Source: Octopus sinensis
Taxonomy: Eukaryota
Reading direction: 5' to 3'
DNA length: 64,000 nucleotides
Assembly: GCF_006345805.1 (NCBI RefSeq)
Contig: NC_043002.1
Coordinates: forward strand, 12,090,001 to 12,154,000
Numbering within the stretch: position 1 is the stretch's first letter; each line of letters begins with the position of its first letter. Shown here piece after piece: positions 27,126 through 41,478 of the stretch. The notes beneath the pieces were generated by a model. It did no database searches. It was not told where the DNA came from and saw nothing but the letters and a program-made list of their open reading frames with translations. A program made the translations under genes and the position numbers.

Positions 27126-27534
27126 ACTTCTAAGTTCTACAAATCGTAAAAAAGTTAAAAGTCATTTACATTCACGTATTACAAGAGTAAATTATTAGAT
27201 GTTTAGCCTAGAACCGTAGAAGATTTTCGGTAAAGAAAATAAGAGGGAAATGTCTGAGAAATAAAAAGGGAAAATAATGCCGCTACCATTCGCCCCCTCA
27301 TACTTTTATTATAACATACTTCTTATATTTTTGTATTATTGTTTTGCAAGGCGAGCATTGCAAAACAAAATTACAAAAATATATGAAGGAAAGTGGGTGG
27401 AATAGGACATGACAATACAAATAGAATGAAAATCTACAGAAAAACCATGTCGAAAATTATATGCAATATCGTTATAAAGAACACACAAACGGAAAGAAGA
27501 GAGAGTGTAAGAGATAGGGAGAGTGAGAGAGAGA

Positions 27535-27755
27535 AGTTCATTGAGTGTGTGGATGCAGGGGTCTTCAGAACAAAACTGGATCTCTTCTCATTAAGGATTC
27601 CTGATGAGCCTACCTCATGGCAGGAAACACAGATGAGAGCTACAGCATCAAACTCCCTCATTCACCAAATGCTGTATATTAAATGAGGTTTCAAATAACG
27701 AAAATGTAGCAAAGCCAATGGTGATGCCCCAGCTTGGCCGCAGGCTGAAACTAGT
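27535..27755 (+). mobile_element. CR1/L2-like LINE 3' end
   Basis: VFRTKLDLFSLRIPDEP..RATASNSLIHQ resembles the FK.KLD.FL..IPD.P..SNSL terminus of CR1/L2-group LINEs; followed by a structured 3' tail. Confidence 0.65.
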
Positions 27756-27865
27756 CAAAGACTTATATATAGAGAGAGATATACAAGCATACATACACGT
27801 CTATTGGCCAGTTATATATAACCTGAACATTGCTGACATTCCCTTGTTTCTAGAACTCTTTAGAC

Positions 27866-28130
27866 CAGTGGTTCTCAACCAGGGTCCATAGAAGACTTTT
27901 AGGGGTCCACAAAACAAAATGATTAACTGGAGATTCACAATAGTATTTCAAGGGCCCCTGGAAAAGTCTTGCTTTAAATGTATGTATTGGTATGTATTGC
28001 AAGAAACAGCTAGGTTTTTTTCTCTAACATTTTATATTGTTCCAACTACACAAGTTAATGTGTGAAAAGCAAAATAGGAATTTTGAAAGAAGTTTGTATA
28101 GGATTAGTTTTTAAGTTCAGTGTATAAAAA
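27866..28130 (+). mobile_element. hAT (Charlie-type) left end, truncated
   Basis: CAGTGGTTCTCAACC..GGGTCC terminus; no right TIR found. Confidence 0.55.
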
Positions 28131-29039
28131 TTGAATCAATGTGACATACATGTTTAAAATTTTGCGATGCATATTTTGATTTATAATAATGTTGCAACTA
28201 TCTAGCCTTATGCAAACAAGCGGATAGAAAATCCGTCTCTCGATTTTAAGCAATCATAATTTTAGCTTGATATTAAGAAACTTTTACAAGTAACGACAGC
28301 GACTAGTGCTATAACTGTAACCACCCTAACTATGAAGAGGCGAAAAGACAAGAAAAGTGCTAGTTATTTACAAGTGTTGTCGGAAGTTACTCTAAATTCC
28401 AAATATATCTGAAAAGTCCTGATGAAAATCTTTTGAGTTATCAGTGTGAGTTAGAAACTGTAATAATATAACTTTATTAATTAGCGGTATTCAAAGAACT
28501 TTGAAGCCAGACAGTATTTTTCTATTTCTCGTATTTTTCTTTTACTGTCTTTTTCTTATCTCTTTTACTTTCTCTCAAACGCACTTCTGTATTTTAATAT
28601 TTGTTTATTAAACATGTCAATGGCTTGCTTTTTATGAATGTCTTAAATCTCATTCACTCGCTGTTAAGCTAAAGCACATTATATCTTTCATTACGTATCT
28701 CTTTTATGCTATTTTCGTACTATCCAAACACATTTTCGACATTTTTATCTTTTGTTTCTGTTGCATATTTCGTATTAACGGTTTCCTGTTTGAATACTTC
28801 CACACACGACCTACTCACAAACAGAACGCAAACGCGCGCACAGGCATGTGTTTCTTGTTTGTATATTTTACGCCATACTTTTTGCGCAAAAACCATGCTG
28901 TCAAAGATATTACTTTTTCAAAAAAGCTCAGTCTATCAGTGTGAAGTAGTGAGGTTCATGTTGTAGTTCACTGCTATTTGAATCGAAATATACTTCCTTA
29001 GGTTACCAGAATACCCCATCAAAGTTTAGAAAATCTCTC

Positions 29040-29480
<441 letters not shown>

Positions 29481-30659
29481 ATGTCGGATTGTATGTATGG
29501 ACGGATGTACACGCATGCATGTATATCTGAATGTATGCACGTAAACTTAGCCCTATATATACATTTAGAATATTAAAACTACGCAAAAATATTTAATCCT
29601 GCATTGAATATAAACAAAATATCAATAATGGAAAAGAAAACCAGCAATCACAGTCAACAACAGCAACAAAAAACTATACTACCACCAAGACCCTTATTTC
29701 CCTTCGTGACGTCATTGCATTTTTCTAATGTATAGTGTAACGTTTCGTGCGTTCTATGATCTTATGTCTTATCACATATTCTGCCTGCTTGCATTTTATC
29801 GCGGATATTTGAATGCCATTTTATATTCTTAATTGTTTATAATTTGTGAATCTATATATGTATATCGTTAGATATTGATATTAGAATAGATATATGTATG
29901 CATGTAAGTATGTTTGTATGCATGTATACATGTATGTATGCGTGTTTGTATTTCTGTATGTATATATTTGTCAGCGGGTGTACGTACTTACATATTCATA
30001 TATGTCTAGGTTTGTATATATGTGTTTGTTTATATACGGTTATCTATGTATTGATATTTGTGAAAATTGTTACATATGTAAATATCCTTCTTACAATTTT
30101 AAAATCAAGAGCATTGTTTTTCATTTACAATACGTTTATCATTCTAAAATACCGTAAATACGTTACAACCAGTCATGAGATGAGAGTGAAAAAACAACAA
30201 AAAAAAAATCATAAACAATGTTGAAATCTATTTAATATTTGTCACAATTATTTTCCTCCCGTTGTTTAAATTTTTTAAAACTTTCCTTTCTTTTTATCGT
30301 TTTGTTTCCATAATCATTCTTCCTCATACGTTAGTTTGTGTTTTAAAAAATCTCATTATTTCATTTAAGTATACATTTTTTTTGTTCCTCTTCTTTTGAA
30401 ACATTTTAATTTTGAAGATTGTGTGTGTGTTTGTTAGTTTTTTCGACGAGTATTTCTCAGTCTTCTATCACGATTATTTTTATCAGCTTCACTTTGTTAA
30501 GGTTTCCCCTTCCCGTTATTGGCTTAATTTTAGCTAATTTTTTTACTATTATTATTTTTCTTCGAAATATTAATATATTCCTTATCAGTATTCATGTTTC
30601 AATTGTATTTAACCTCATTTCCATTTGATGGGTAGTAGCACGTTTTTATCGTTTATCGT

Positions 30660-30840
30660 TTATTTGTTTCAGTCACTAGGTTATGGCCAAGTTGGAGTAA
30701 CGCTTTGAAGAGTTTTAGACGAACGAATCGACTCAGTACCTAATTTTTTACAGCGTGGCACTTATTCAATCGAACAGCTATGATACGGGGACGGAAACAA
30801 ACCAACACTGTTTGTCAGGTAACAAACACAAAGAAACACA
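30660..30840 (-). mobile_element. SINE family B 3' part, diverged
   Basis: TTTGTTTCAGTCA..GGCCAAGTTGGAG..GAATCGACTC..CTTATTC.ATCG. Confidence 0.6.
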
Positions 30841-30919
30841 TACCTATATATATCTGTCTGTCTCTTGTCACCTCTCTCTCTCTCTATATATATATATATG
30901 TATATTATATATGAATATA

Positions 30920-30960
<41 letters not shown>

Positions 30961-31004
30961 TATATAGTGTAATAAATAAAATATATGCATACATACAGAC
31001 ATAT

Positions 31005-31228
31005 ATGTACGTACCTACATCTACATGTATATATGCATGCATATATAAATAATTATACGTGAGTACAGGACACCACAAATAGACGTAGAACTCAACGAGA
31101 AATGAAAACGTAAAAACAGCATGAAACGGACCATTCCATTAACAACGAAAAAACAGAGTACAAGACAACTACACAAGGAAAAATCCCCTTCATCAGCCGT
31201 CCCTGGTTCAACTCCAGCATGTTTCGAA
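31005..31228 (-). mobile_element. Non-autonomous repeat, family E (second copy 34640-34850)
   Basis: Shared ATATGTACGTACCTAC..TACAGGACACC..AAAAATCCCCTTC(A/T)TCAG..GTTTCGA; flanked by (TA)n. Confidence 0.7.
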
Positions 31229-31239
31229 TATATATATTT

Positions 31240-31290
<51 letters not shown>

Positions 31291-31300
31291 TATATACATG

Positions 31301-31366
<66 letters not shown>

Positions 31367-31380
31367 TATATATATACATG

Positions 31381-31443
<63 letters not shown>

Positions 31444-31524
31444 ATATATATATATATATATACATATGTATATTATATATATATATATATATGCATACAT
31501 ATATATGAATTCATATTCATACCA

Positions 31525-31672
31525 ATAATAATTGGAGCACTAGGTTTTGGTTAGTAAATGCTTAAAGAAGAATCTGGATAAACTGGGATTTTCAGGAAGT
31601 GACCGTTAATTTGTACATTACAACGCTAATCTGTGAGTGGAACAGTAAAAATTTGCAAGACTTTTCTTAAGT
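31525..31672 (+). mobile_element. 3' tip of a third RLE-type LINE family
   Basis: IIGALGF..LKKNLDKLGF..LQR*SVSGTVKICKTFLKF across frameshifts. Confidence 0.55.
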
Positions 31673-33293
31673 TTCGAATGTGAATTTATTTGTGTTAACT
31701 ACATTCCAGAGAGAGACCCTTGTGTCTTTGTTGGAAACCAGTTACCTACTTAATGGAAGATTTATAATAATTTAAAAGTAGAAGAGACATATATACGTAG
31801 ATACATAATTTGCTGTTCTATTATTGGTCTGAATGAACAGATTTTTACTTCAATATTCATGTGGACCGAGCTTTTAAAAATAAAATATATCATATAATTT
31901 AACTCATACGTTGAGCAATGCAGTCGTCGCCACCACAATTATCATAAGTACATACAAACGCTGTCACACAAACAAATACACACCATCAGCTGCAGCATCA
32001 CCATTTACCATTATCTTCTCTTTTGTTCACTCTTCGTCTTTGTTTTTTTCCTTTCAATCTGATTTTCTCTCTTTCTCTTTTCGCACATGTTTTGTCTCCA
32101 TTTCGCTCATATGAATGCTTATATGAATGCTAATCGCTTCTCTCCTTCACCCTCTCTCTCTCTCTATGTATCTTTCTAAATTCTTTCCTTCCTCTGTATC
32201 TTTCTCCATGCACCATTATCAACACCAACATCCTCGTGGCTGCCCTCGCCACCCCCAATAGAATTACTGAGCTGTTTTATTATTATTATTCTGTTCACTA
32301 ACTATTGTGTCTTTTCCTAATACAATAAATAGTTAGTTAGTGAGATATGTAAGTATGTATGTATGTCTGAATGTATGTATATTTGTATGTATGCATGTAC
32401 GTCATTGTTCAGTTTTATTTCAAGATTTCTTGCCAATGGAGAAAGAGCCGGTTTCTAACCCAGATCCAAGGCTCCTTCATTGGAATTTCAAAATCAGGAA
32501 GGTATTTTTGTATGTATGTATGTATGTATGTATGTATGTATGTATATATGCTAATATATATGTTTTGTTTTGTGTATGTATGTATGCATGTATGTATATA
32601 ATATGCACTTATGTATATATGCAGCATTTGGAACCAGCGCATGTTCAGATTTGTACGCTTTGTTTTATGTATGCATTGTAATGCATATAATTGCATATCT
32701 AGATATGTTCATATATATTCAAATGATAAACGTCTGGAAAGATTTACAGATTTGTACAATTCAAGCGATGGCTTCGATCTGTAATCTTCGAATCAACTTT
32801 ATGTATGTATTTATGCATGTATGTATGTTTTTATATGTGTATGTATGTAGGTAGCTAGGTTGGTAGAAACGTACTATTATATTTACATTGAGTTCATTTT
32901 GTGAGTACATATGTGCGTGAGCCTGTAGCCTTAAATTTCTAAATAATTTTAAGGTTTTAGACATTTTCCTACCCAGAGGACTTATTCGAAATTGAGTATA
33001 TATATATACTTTGGGTATGGTAGATGAGTTCAACAAAAATTTAGACTCACAGAGTAGCTTCTATGCTAGAGTGAACACAGCAGGTTCTTTGTCTATCTCA
33101 TCAACTTCTGGGAGATTTTAGGTATAATTATACTAATGTGTCCATCTATTCTAATTTAAATGAATTCTATGTCTTTGTGCAGTTGAGGATTCCTCTGTAT
33201 TTTACATTGATGTAATGAGTGCATTGTTCAATTAAATGGAGTGGCATGAAACGGTCGTACTGCACTACCTGTGGATATCCTTGTTGCTTATTT

Positions 33294-33355
<62 letters not shown>

Positions 33356-34639
33356 CTATATATGTAGGTATGTATATGTATATACATACATTTGTATATA
33401 TGTATATATGGGTACATAGATATATATATATGTTTAGGTAGATAGATTGATTGACAGATAGATAGGTACAGATATACAAATATGAAGAGAGAGGGGGAGA
33501 GAGAGAGAGAGGTGGAGAGGTAGAGAGAGAATCGGTGAGAGCATAAATTTGGACGTCATAACAATTTCACATTTAAAATGTATATCTTCGAAAGGTTAAT
33601 TATTTACAGACATCATGGAAAAAAGACTGCTACCTGTTGCTTCATTATTTCACAGTAAAATATCTTTGTATATTCAAATTGTTTATATTTCATCCACTGA
33701 AATCGGACACATCATATTTATATAATCTTAAAATATATGTTAAATTTTATAAGCTAGAATTAATCCGTAAAAAAATTATATTACATTTGAAATTATATTT
33801 ATCTATGAACTATTTCATTCAAAATATGTCCACTGCAATAGCGTATACAAAGCTTGCAACGCTTGTGAAGTTCTGGAAAAAATTCTTCTGTAGATATTCA
33901 GTTACATCCTGAATCTAATTAGGTAAATTACTCAATCAATTATATATAATCTGATTTACATGAATATACAAATTCGTTTGCAAGTCTCTATAAAATAAAG
34001 CTGATATAATTTTACAATTAATAATTTATTTTAAAATTATTAATCAGTGACAATTGTTTGGTTTTATGTTTCTTTCTCTTACGGTTTTTGATTGACAACA
34101 AAAAATGGAGATTTAAATGTGTCTAATTGTTTTATCCGTTTCTAATAGTAGAAATAATATTACATAAAATTTAAATTTTAGAATAAATCTTATATGTGGA
34201 TTTTAATGACCCTTATGCATGTGAGTGTGTACGTGCATACATGCATACATACAAACATACATATATACATATATATATTTATTAACATACATATGTTTAT
34301 GTGTATGTTTGTATATATATGTAAGTCTAATTATATATATATGTGTGAATGTATATGTGTATGTGAGTGGTCGGATGTGTGTTTGTGTGCTTCAGAATAC
34401 GCTTGTATGCATACATACATATATAAAAATCCATATATATGAATACACGTATTCATGTGCTTCTATCCTTGTATCTCTCTTTGGTCTGCGTACATATATT
34501 CTCTATATATCATATATATCTATATTCATCTACCCCTCTTTATACAGATATTTATATCTATCTATATCTATCTATATATGTATGTATATATATATATATA
34601 TATGTTAATAAAATAGAACATATGCATATATATAAACAT

Positions 34640-34850
34640 ATATGTACGTACCTACCTCTACATGTACATATACACGCATATATGTGTACAGGACACCAAA
34701 AAGACGTCGAACACATAGAGAGACGAAACACATAGACACAAACCAAGGAACAAGACAAGCAAAAAAAAAGAGAGAGATACAGGACAATAAGCACAACGAA
34801 AAATCCCCTTCTTCAGTCGCTAAGGTTTCATCTACTAAACGTTTCGAAGG
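34640..34850 (-). mobile_element. Non-autonomous repeat, family E
   Basis: Homologous to 31005-31228. Confidence 0.7.
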
Positions 34851-34922
34851 ATAAAAGCGAGACGTATACTTCGAAGAAAACTTCCTTCCCGCGAAAAGCA
34901 AATCAATTAAAATTCTATATAT

Positions 34923-34965
<43 letters not shown>

Positions 34966-35220
34966 GCGTATACATACATATAATATATATATATGCATCT
35001 ATCTTATATATATAGATAGATGGCTAGATAGATAGAGAGATATACACTCACACACATATATATGTCTTTGCGTGTGGAATGCATAAATTAATTTTAACAT
35101 TCCTATTTGAAAAAATCAGAGAAAGAAAGTAATGGTAACTCAACAGTATTTATTAGAAAATATACGCAAACACAAAATCTTAGAAGTGTTCTATTAGTAG
35201 CACACAACCAAGCAACCAGC

Positions 35221-35251
<31 letters not shown>

Positions 35252-35265
35252 CTCTCACACACACA

Positions 35266-35322
<57 letters not shown>

Positions 35323-35614
35323 TGATTACCATTTGTTTCATATTTTACAGAATCATTTGACTGCAATAACTCTCGAGACATCTGAAGAATTCAAAACTGA
35401 CCTTTCAGTGTTCTTCTCTTCGAAACCGAATGAAGTTTTTTTCACTAATGGGATTAAAAAGCTGTCGAGTAGCTGAAAAGATATCATAGATAATCACGGA
35501 AACTACATTGGTTTTAAGCTTCATAAAAATGTAAGATTTGCTCAATTGTTTTCCATAATTTAATATCCGAACATTACTTATGAGATGACCTGATACACAC
35601 ACACACGCACACAC

Positions 35615-35688
<74 letters not shown>

Positions 35689-38600
35689 GCGCACGCACGC
35701 ATGCATCATACAAGAACGTTGGCCTTATGGGTTCTTTCCTCTGCTGAGAGTTTCTCAATCGTAGGAGATGACTCTATCTTGCATTTCCGGTACTTTTTCT
35801 TTTTTTTTTTTCTTGATTTTTCCATTGAATCCGTTTGCCAATCCTTTGCAGCTATATTTTCTGTAATGTGAAATTTTTATCATACGGGACTTGCAATCTT
35901 TTACAAAGAATTTTAATGCTTGCGTCTTTTACAATTGTACGTGAAGTAATCATTGATGTCAATGTCTGTTTATGAAAAAAAAATAAAACAAGGACAAATA
36001 GGCTTCATTCTATTTGTGACAACATTTGACAATGACGAAAATAAAGTTGACGACAACGTAATCGAGATTGACGATAAGGAAAGTGAGCTTCACTTTGATG
36101 AAATTGAAATTGATACTGATGAGGATGAGGTTGAGAGTTTGAGGGATAAACTCTGTATATTAGTGTTTCAGAATAAAGAACATTAACGGAATAACAGAAC
36201 ATAAACTTGTCCCTGTTATAGCAGTTTCATATTTTATAGACACTATAACTTAGGAAGTTACGCTACGAGTGAAAGTTTTCAATTAAATTTACCAAACTAT
36301 GTACAAAACAGTTAAGTTCAGGAACACATAATCAATACTTAGAAAATGAAAAGAAGGAAAGCAAGATCAGGCATATTAAAGAATGTAATGTTTGGTATTA
36401 ATTAATGTTAGTAACTAAGTGTAACTAACCAATGATGGGAGATAACTCCGGACCGGCTTGGTTGTTTTGTTTCTTTTTCAGAAATCTTTAGACAATTACA
36501 GGAATATTGTAACTTCTAATTTATTAACATTCGACTCCCTGAATAGACACGCATGTAATTATTTATGGGTATAGTGTAGAATAAATACATTAATGGATAA
36601 ATTAGATTATTCTGGGACATTATGGAAATATCCGTATGATAATAAGATAGTTAAGTGGATAAAGGCATACGCAATACTTAGAAGATTAAACAGCCCCACA
36701 GTAAGACGAGTTACGTGTGTAAAAAAAAATCCTATTATTTGATGACTAAATATTATAATTATCTCAACAAATTCTGCAGACAAATACAGACCAAATTCTC
36801 TCGGTATTAGCTTTCTATGCAATCATTCTTATTATCTGTTTGTCGCGTGGGGAGATTAAAGAGTTCAGGTAAAAAGTAGATAAAGATATTGTTAATTTAA
36901 GAAATAATTGAAATGTAGGATGAAAACGCTGTTGCTTGTGATTGGCAGGAGACTAGTGTATGCTTTGAATAGAGCTAGTAGGTTTTGTTATCCTTTTTCT
37001 CGAGTTCAAGTTAACGCTGAGATAGCTTTTAAACGTTTGACATTGTTGATCATAAAAACATATTCATCATAAGTGCAGCCATTATTAATACATTCGTATT
37101 ATGCAGGCAAGATGGCATATATTACTACATTCAAAATCTCATACATGTATAGACAAAAATTATATATTTTCATTTGTCTACATGTGGGTTTGTGTGTATT
37201 AATGATAAAAATTCTATATACGTGCTTGTATACACCCACACAGGTTCATTGTATTCATAAAGTCGTTAAGATTGTATATTTTGGGAGTTAGCAGTTGAAT
37301 TCTATCACAGCTCGGCCCCATGATAGCTAAACATAAATACATACATATATCTATATACACATACATATACATGTATACATAAACATATACAAATATATAA
37401 GTGTAGTATACCTCTATATTATATACATACATATATGTGAGTTTATGTGTGTCTGTATACATGAATGTATGTTCATGTATATACAAATGCATTGTTATTT
37501 GTATCAAAAAGCTTGTTCATTATATTTCAGCATTACTTATATATAATCTAAAAAAGCACCCACAAAAAATCAGGCGGTACAAGCAACATCTAACTTTAAT
37601 AATCACTGAGTTCATTCAAAGTATTCACGATAGTAAATGCTTGTGTATAGCGTGCAATAACTAGCGTTGGCGTTCGACATTATTACCTGACGTAAGGCTA
37701 AAAATTAATTAAGTATTTATTGTAGTCTACAGGTTAAACTTCACTACTTACTGAAACTTATCGAAACCAAGATTATGCATCCACAAGTGTTTGTGTTCGT
37801 ATGCGTGTAAATGATGCGCGCTATCTGCTTGGTTTCAATGTTCTACTTTGAAGCTAATAGACTTCAGGTTTCACTTTGAAAAAACAAAAAAAAAGCCAGT
37901 GGCAATGTTTATCACATAAATTTTATAGAATATCACTTTTTTTATTTAATAGACATTCTCAGATAGAATTCAATGCTTTGTATAGGTAAGAAGCGTAGAC
38001 ATTATACAGCTATGTATTAACTATGCTCCGATAGAGACGGATGCGCATCACTAGGATGATGTAGAAACATTTAGATTAAGATTTTTACATAATAAATTAA
38101 ATTTAAAATTACTGTAACAGATACGTGTTTTTTCTTTTTTCAATACATCGCAGAAACAAGTAATTAAATATTAGAAAACAAGTGAAAACAAAGTTCTTTT
38201 CGTTTCTTTCTTCTTCTTTCTCTTTTGTTCTTTTTCACATTGCTGAAAAGGAACCATAGCAAATTGAAGAACAGGTTTCGATTTCAGTTGAAATGTAGAA
38301 ATTTTTGCATTCAGCACTGGAGAATTGTATTTCTTTGCGGCTATACAAGAACCAGGTGTATGTGTATGCTAGAGTCTGCAACGATGTTTGGAGTAAAGGT
38401 TATATGGTATAAAGGTGGATTTGAGTTCGTCTCCTGTTTAATTGTAGCCAAATATTCGATACACATATGTATATATTATAAATATATCATTTAAAATAGT
38501 TTGGTTCAGTTCTGTGCTACTTTCTGCGTTTCGCTGTTTGGCATTCCAGAACTTTAGAGAAGTTGGGCTAAGTTTAAGGCCCTGAGTAACTTGAAGTAGC

Positions 38601-38911
38601 AGGGAAGCGAATAAATTCGTTTTAAATAATACATGTAACACCTACTTAAAGTGTTGAGTGCATTTTCCTTTCGTTTGCCCACCCACTAGTATATGTATAT
38701 GTATATATATATATATATTTTTTTTTTAATTTTTTTTTTTTATTTTACAACAGTTTTAAAATGTTGAGCAATCTTCAGCCATTCCTAGGGGTTTTCCATC
38801 AATACATATACTTATTTCCATCTCCATTGCTAACATTATAAAGAGGGTAGATATACAGACAGATAGGTTGATTTGATTGTTAAGAACATTATAGTGTTAG
38901 AATTTATCTTC

Positions 38912-38949
<38 letters not shown>

Positions 38950-39179
38950 AGGACGAAAATAAACAAAGTTTGTTCTAGAAGCGTTGAGATCTATTGAAAG
39001 ATACAGAATTAATTTTTTTCTCAAACACGAGATAATGCTAATAAAAGCGTGATCAGGATAAATTATCCATACATTGCTGAAAAATAGGCTACCGGCCAGC
39101 CATGAAACTGTGATTACGCGTCAAGTGCTTTATTTTTAAGCTAAACTGCCCAGTAACGAATTCTTCTGCAAATTTAGAA

Positions 39180-39332
39180 GCTTGATGTGTTTACGTCCCC
39201 TGTAACTTGGCGGTTCGGCAAAAGGCACAGATAGAATAAGTACCAGGCTTACAAAGAATAAGTAGTGGAGTTGATTTCTTCGACTAAAGGCGGTGCTCCA
39301 GCATGGCCACAGTCAAATGACTGAAACAAACA
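39180..39332 (+). mobile_element. SINE family B 3' half
   Basis: TTTACGTCCCC.GTAACTT.GCGGTTCGGCAAAA..GGCGGTGCTCCAGCATGGCCACAGTCAAATGACTGAAACAA. Confidence 0.85.
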
Positions 39333-39730
39333 GTTAAAAGAACGTGATTGTTAAGGTTAAGAAACTCAGTGTGGGGTAGGTGCGAGAGGCCAAATTTGGC
39401 TTATTTGAACATAAAAGTGGTAGATTATTCGGGCCAGATCTAATCGGTTTCAATGATCAAGGGGTAAATTCGTCTGTAAATCCTCCGTTTGATCACCTAC
39501 GCTTTCTTTCCCTTCGTACCCTTCATTCAAACGCTATCCTCCATTCTCTTTTTGATTCGCATCTGAAGATTTTCTGTTCCTTTGGGACTCATGCTATATC
39601 TTCCTTTGTGTTCTTTGTACCATGCAGAAGTTCACGAGTGCGCGCACACACACATACACACACACGTGTGTGTGTATTGAGAGGAAACTAACAGTAGTTA
39701 ACGAAGTTGTTTTTAGTCGGCAAATTTATA

Positions 39731-39764
<34 letters not shown>

Positions 39765-39765
39765 C

Positions 39766-39814
<49 letters not shown>

Positions 39815-39821
39815 CACACAC

Positions 39822-39911
<90 letters not shown>

Positions 39912-39917
<6 letters not shown>

Positions 39918-40280
39918 AACAGCAGTTTGTCTGTCTGCGTGTCTGTGTGTCTGTTAGGTTGTACCCTGACTCTGACCACGGCTTTCAACCGATTCTGATG
40001 AAACTTGACACACACATAGCCCAATGTCATAATTCAAAACTAACGCAGCGAAAATTTTCAAAAGTTCCCCCAGTTCTGAAAAAAATTGATAAATTCGACA
40101 TGGGTCGAGAATAAGAAACACAAACCACAGACTGTTTAGTGGACGCAACTCGACCTTTTTAACTCTCAAAAAAATTTATCATCATTTTTTTTCCATTTTT
40201 TTGCTATTTTTTGGCTATAACTCTCTAAAAATGCTTTATAGTTATTTCCCTTACAAACCGAGCAACGCCGGGCGATACTG

Positions 40281-40284
<4 letters not shown>
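39912..40284 (+). mobile_element. Non-autonomous Helitron-like element
   Basis: 5' TATATAAA..GTCTGTCTG..AACCGATTCTGATGAAACTT; 3' hairpin CCGAGCAACGCCGG (40258-40271) followed by CTAA (a CTAG variant) and T; inserted in (TA)n. Confidence 0.7.
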
Positions 40285-40334
<50 letters not shown>

Positions 40335-40595
40335 CTTTGATTCTTTCATTTGCTTCAGTCAAATGGTTAGTAAGCAAGCCACTTAGCACACAGCCAATAG
40401 ATGAAGTTTATAGAAAGACAAAAAGACGAAGACAGGTGTATGTGCAACAAGCAAGCGTAATATCTTGGTGCTCAGGTAAAATGAAAAAGTATTTTATATT
40501 ACGAATGTCCGCCCTTCAAAAGAAAGGAATAAGAGAAAATAAACTGAGAGAGAATGAAAAGTACTTGTGGATTCCAGCGGTCCAACCTGATGAAT

Positions 40596-40635
<40 letters not shown>

Positions 40636-40968
40636 TTATATATGTAGGTCCCGGGTTAAGTCGGGGTTAACCACAGTAAATAAGGTACTCAATACATAGC
40701 AGAGTAAAGTAATTTATTTTATAGAAGGAGCTTCTGCAGGACTAGAACTGTTTCATTCAGATGAAATCTTCTCCTGAAGATTTCATCTGGGTGGCGTCAT
40801 TCGAAGGCTAAAACAATGCGAACGCATTGTGACCAGCGATGTGTAACAACATCTGATGGTCTGGTCGGTCACGTGATCACGTGATATATATATATATATA
40901 TAAATTTTCGGAAGGAGATAAAAATCCAAGGGTGTGAATGATTTTAGAACATTTATAAATAGAAGGTC

Positions 40969-41012
40969 TTTGACCTGTTTCCGGGATATATTATATATCC
41001 CTTCATCGGAAA
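40969..41012 (-). ncRNA. Type I hammerhead motif, slightly decayed
   Basis: Minus TTT CCGATGA A GGGATATA-TAA-TATATCCC G GAAA C-AG-GTC AAA: U4C change, 8-bp stem II, GUC site. Confidence 0.55.
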
Positions 41013-41147
41013 CGGTGTGAGAAGATGGTTTCGCAATAGTTATTTTAGATCAGATATGAAATAGAGGAATGAAAATAGACGTGAGATATGCAAAGGTATT
41101 GTATCTGTAGATCCATTATTTAGGCAGAATGGTATACGTAGAAGATT

Positions 41148-41478
41148 CCAGGACCTAATTATTTGTAAGCCCAGTACTTATTCTATCGGTCTCTTTTGCC
41201 GAACCGCTAAGTTACGGGGACGTAAATACACCAGCATCGGTTCTCAAGCAATGCTAGGGGGACAAACCCAGACACACAAACACACACATACATATATATA
41301 TATATATGTATACATATATACTACAGGCTTCTTTTAGTTTCCGTCTACCAAATCCACTCACAAGGCATTGGTCGGCCCGGGGCTATAGTAGAAGACACTT
41401 GCCCAAGATGCCACGCAGTGGGACTGAACCCGGAACCATGTGGTTGGTAAGCAAGCTACTTACCACACAGCCACTCCT
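41148..41478 (-). mobile_element. SINE family B, near-complete (tRNA head, CORE-like block, microsatellite, tail part)
   Basis: Minus AGGAGTGGCTGTGTGGTAAGTAGC..GGTTCAGTCCC (A and B boxes), TTGGGCAAGTGTCTT, GAGTGGATTTGGTAGACGGAAAC. Confidence 0.88.

Noticed and set aside
27601-27628. CTGATGA..GAAAC hammerhead-like match
   Set aside because: Lies in the LINE coding motif IPDEP; stem II is not adjacent to GAAA, and there is no NUH or stem I.
29707-29714. CRE palindrome TGACGTCA
   Set aside because: A single 8-mer in 64 kb is compatible with chance; no promoter context.
35382-35425. CTGAAGA..GAAAC match
   Set aside because: No stem II compatible with the core and no stem I.
35953-36186. Acidic 77-aa ORF
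   Set aside because: No motif and no convincing splice sites; probably GA/GAT-rich low complexity.
36607-36822. Hydrophobic 71-aa ORF (minus strand)
   Set aside because: Hydrophobicity is expected from T-rich DNA; no family signature.
38322-38365. Possible micro-exon (TGELYFFAAIQEP)
   Set aside because: Weak donor (GTGTAT) and no neighbouring exons to support a gene model.
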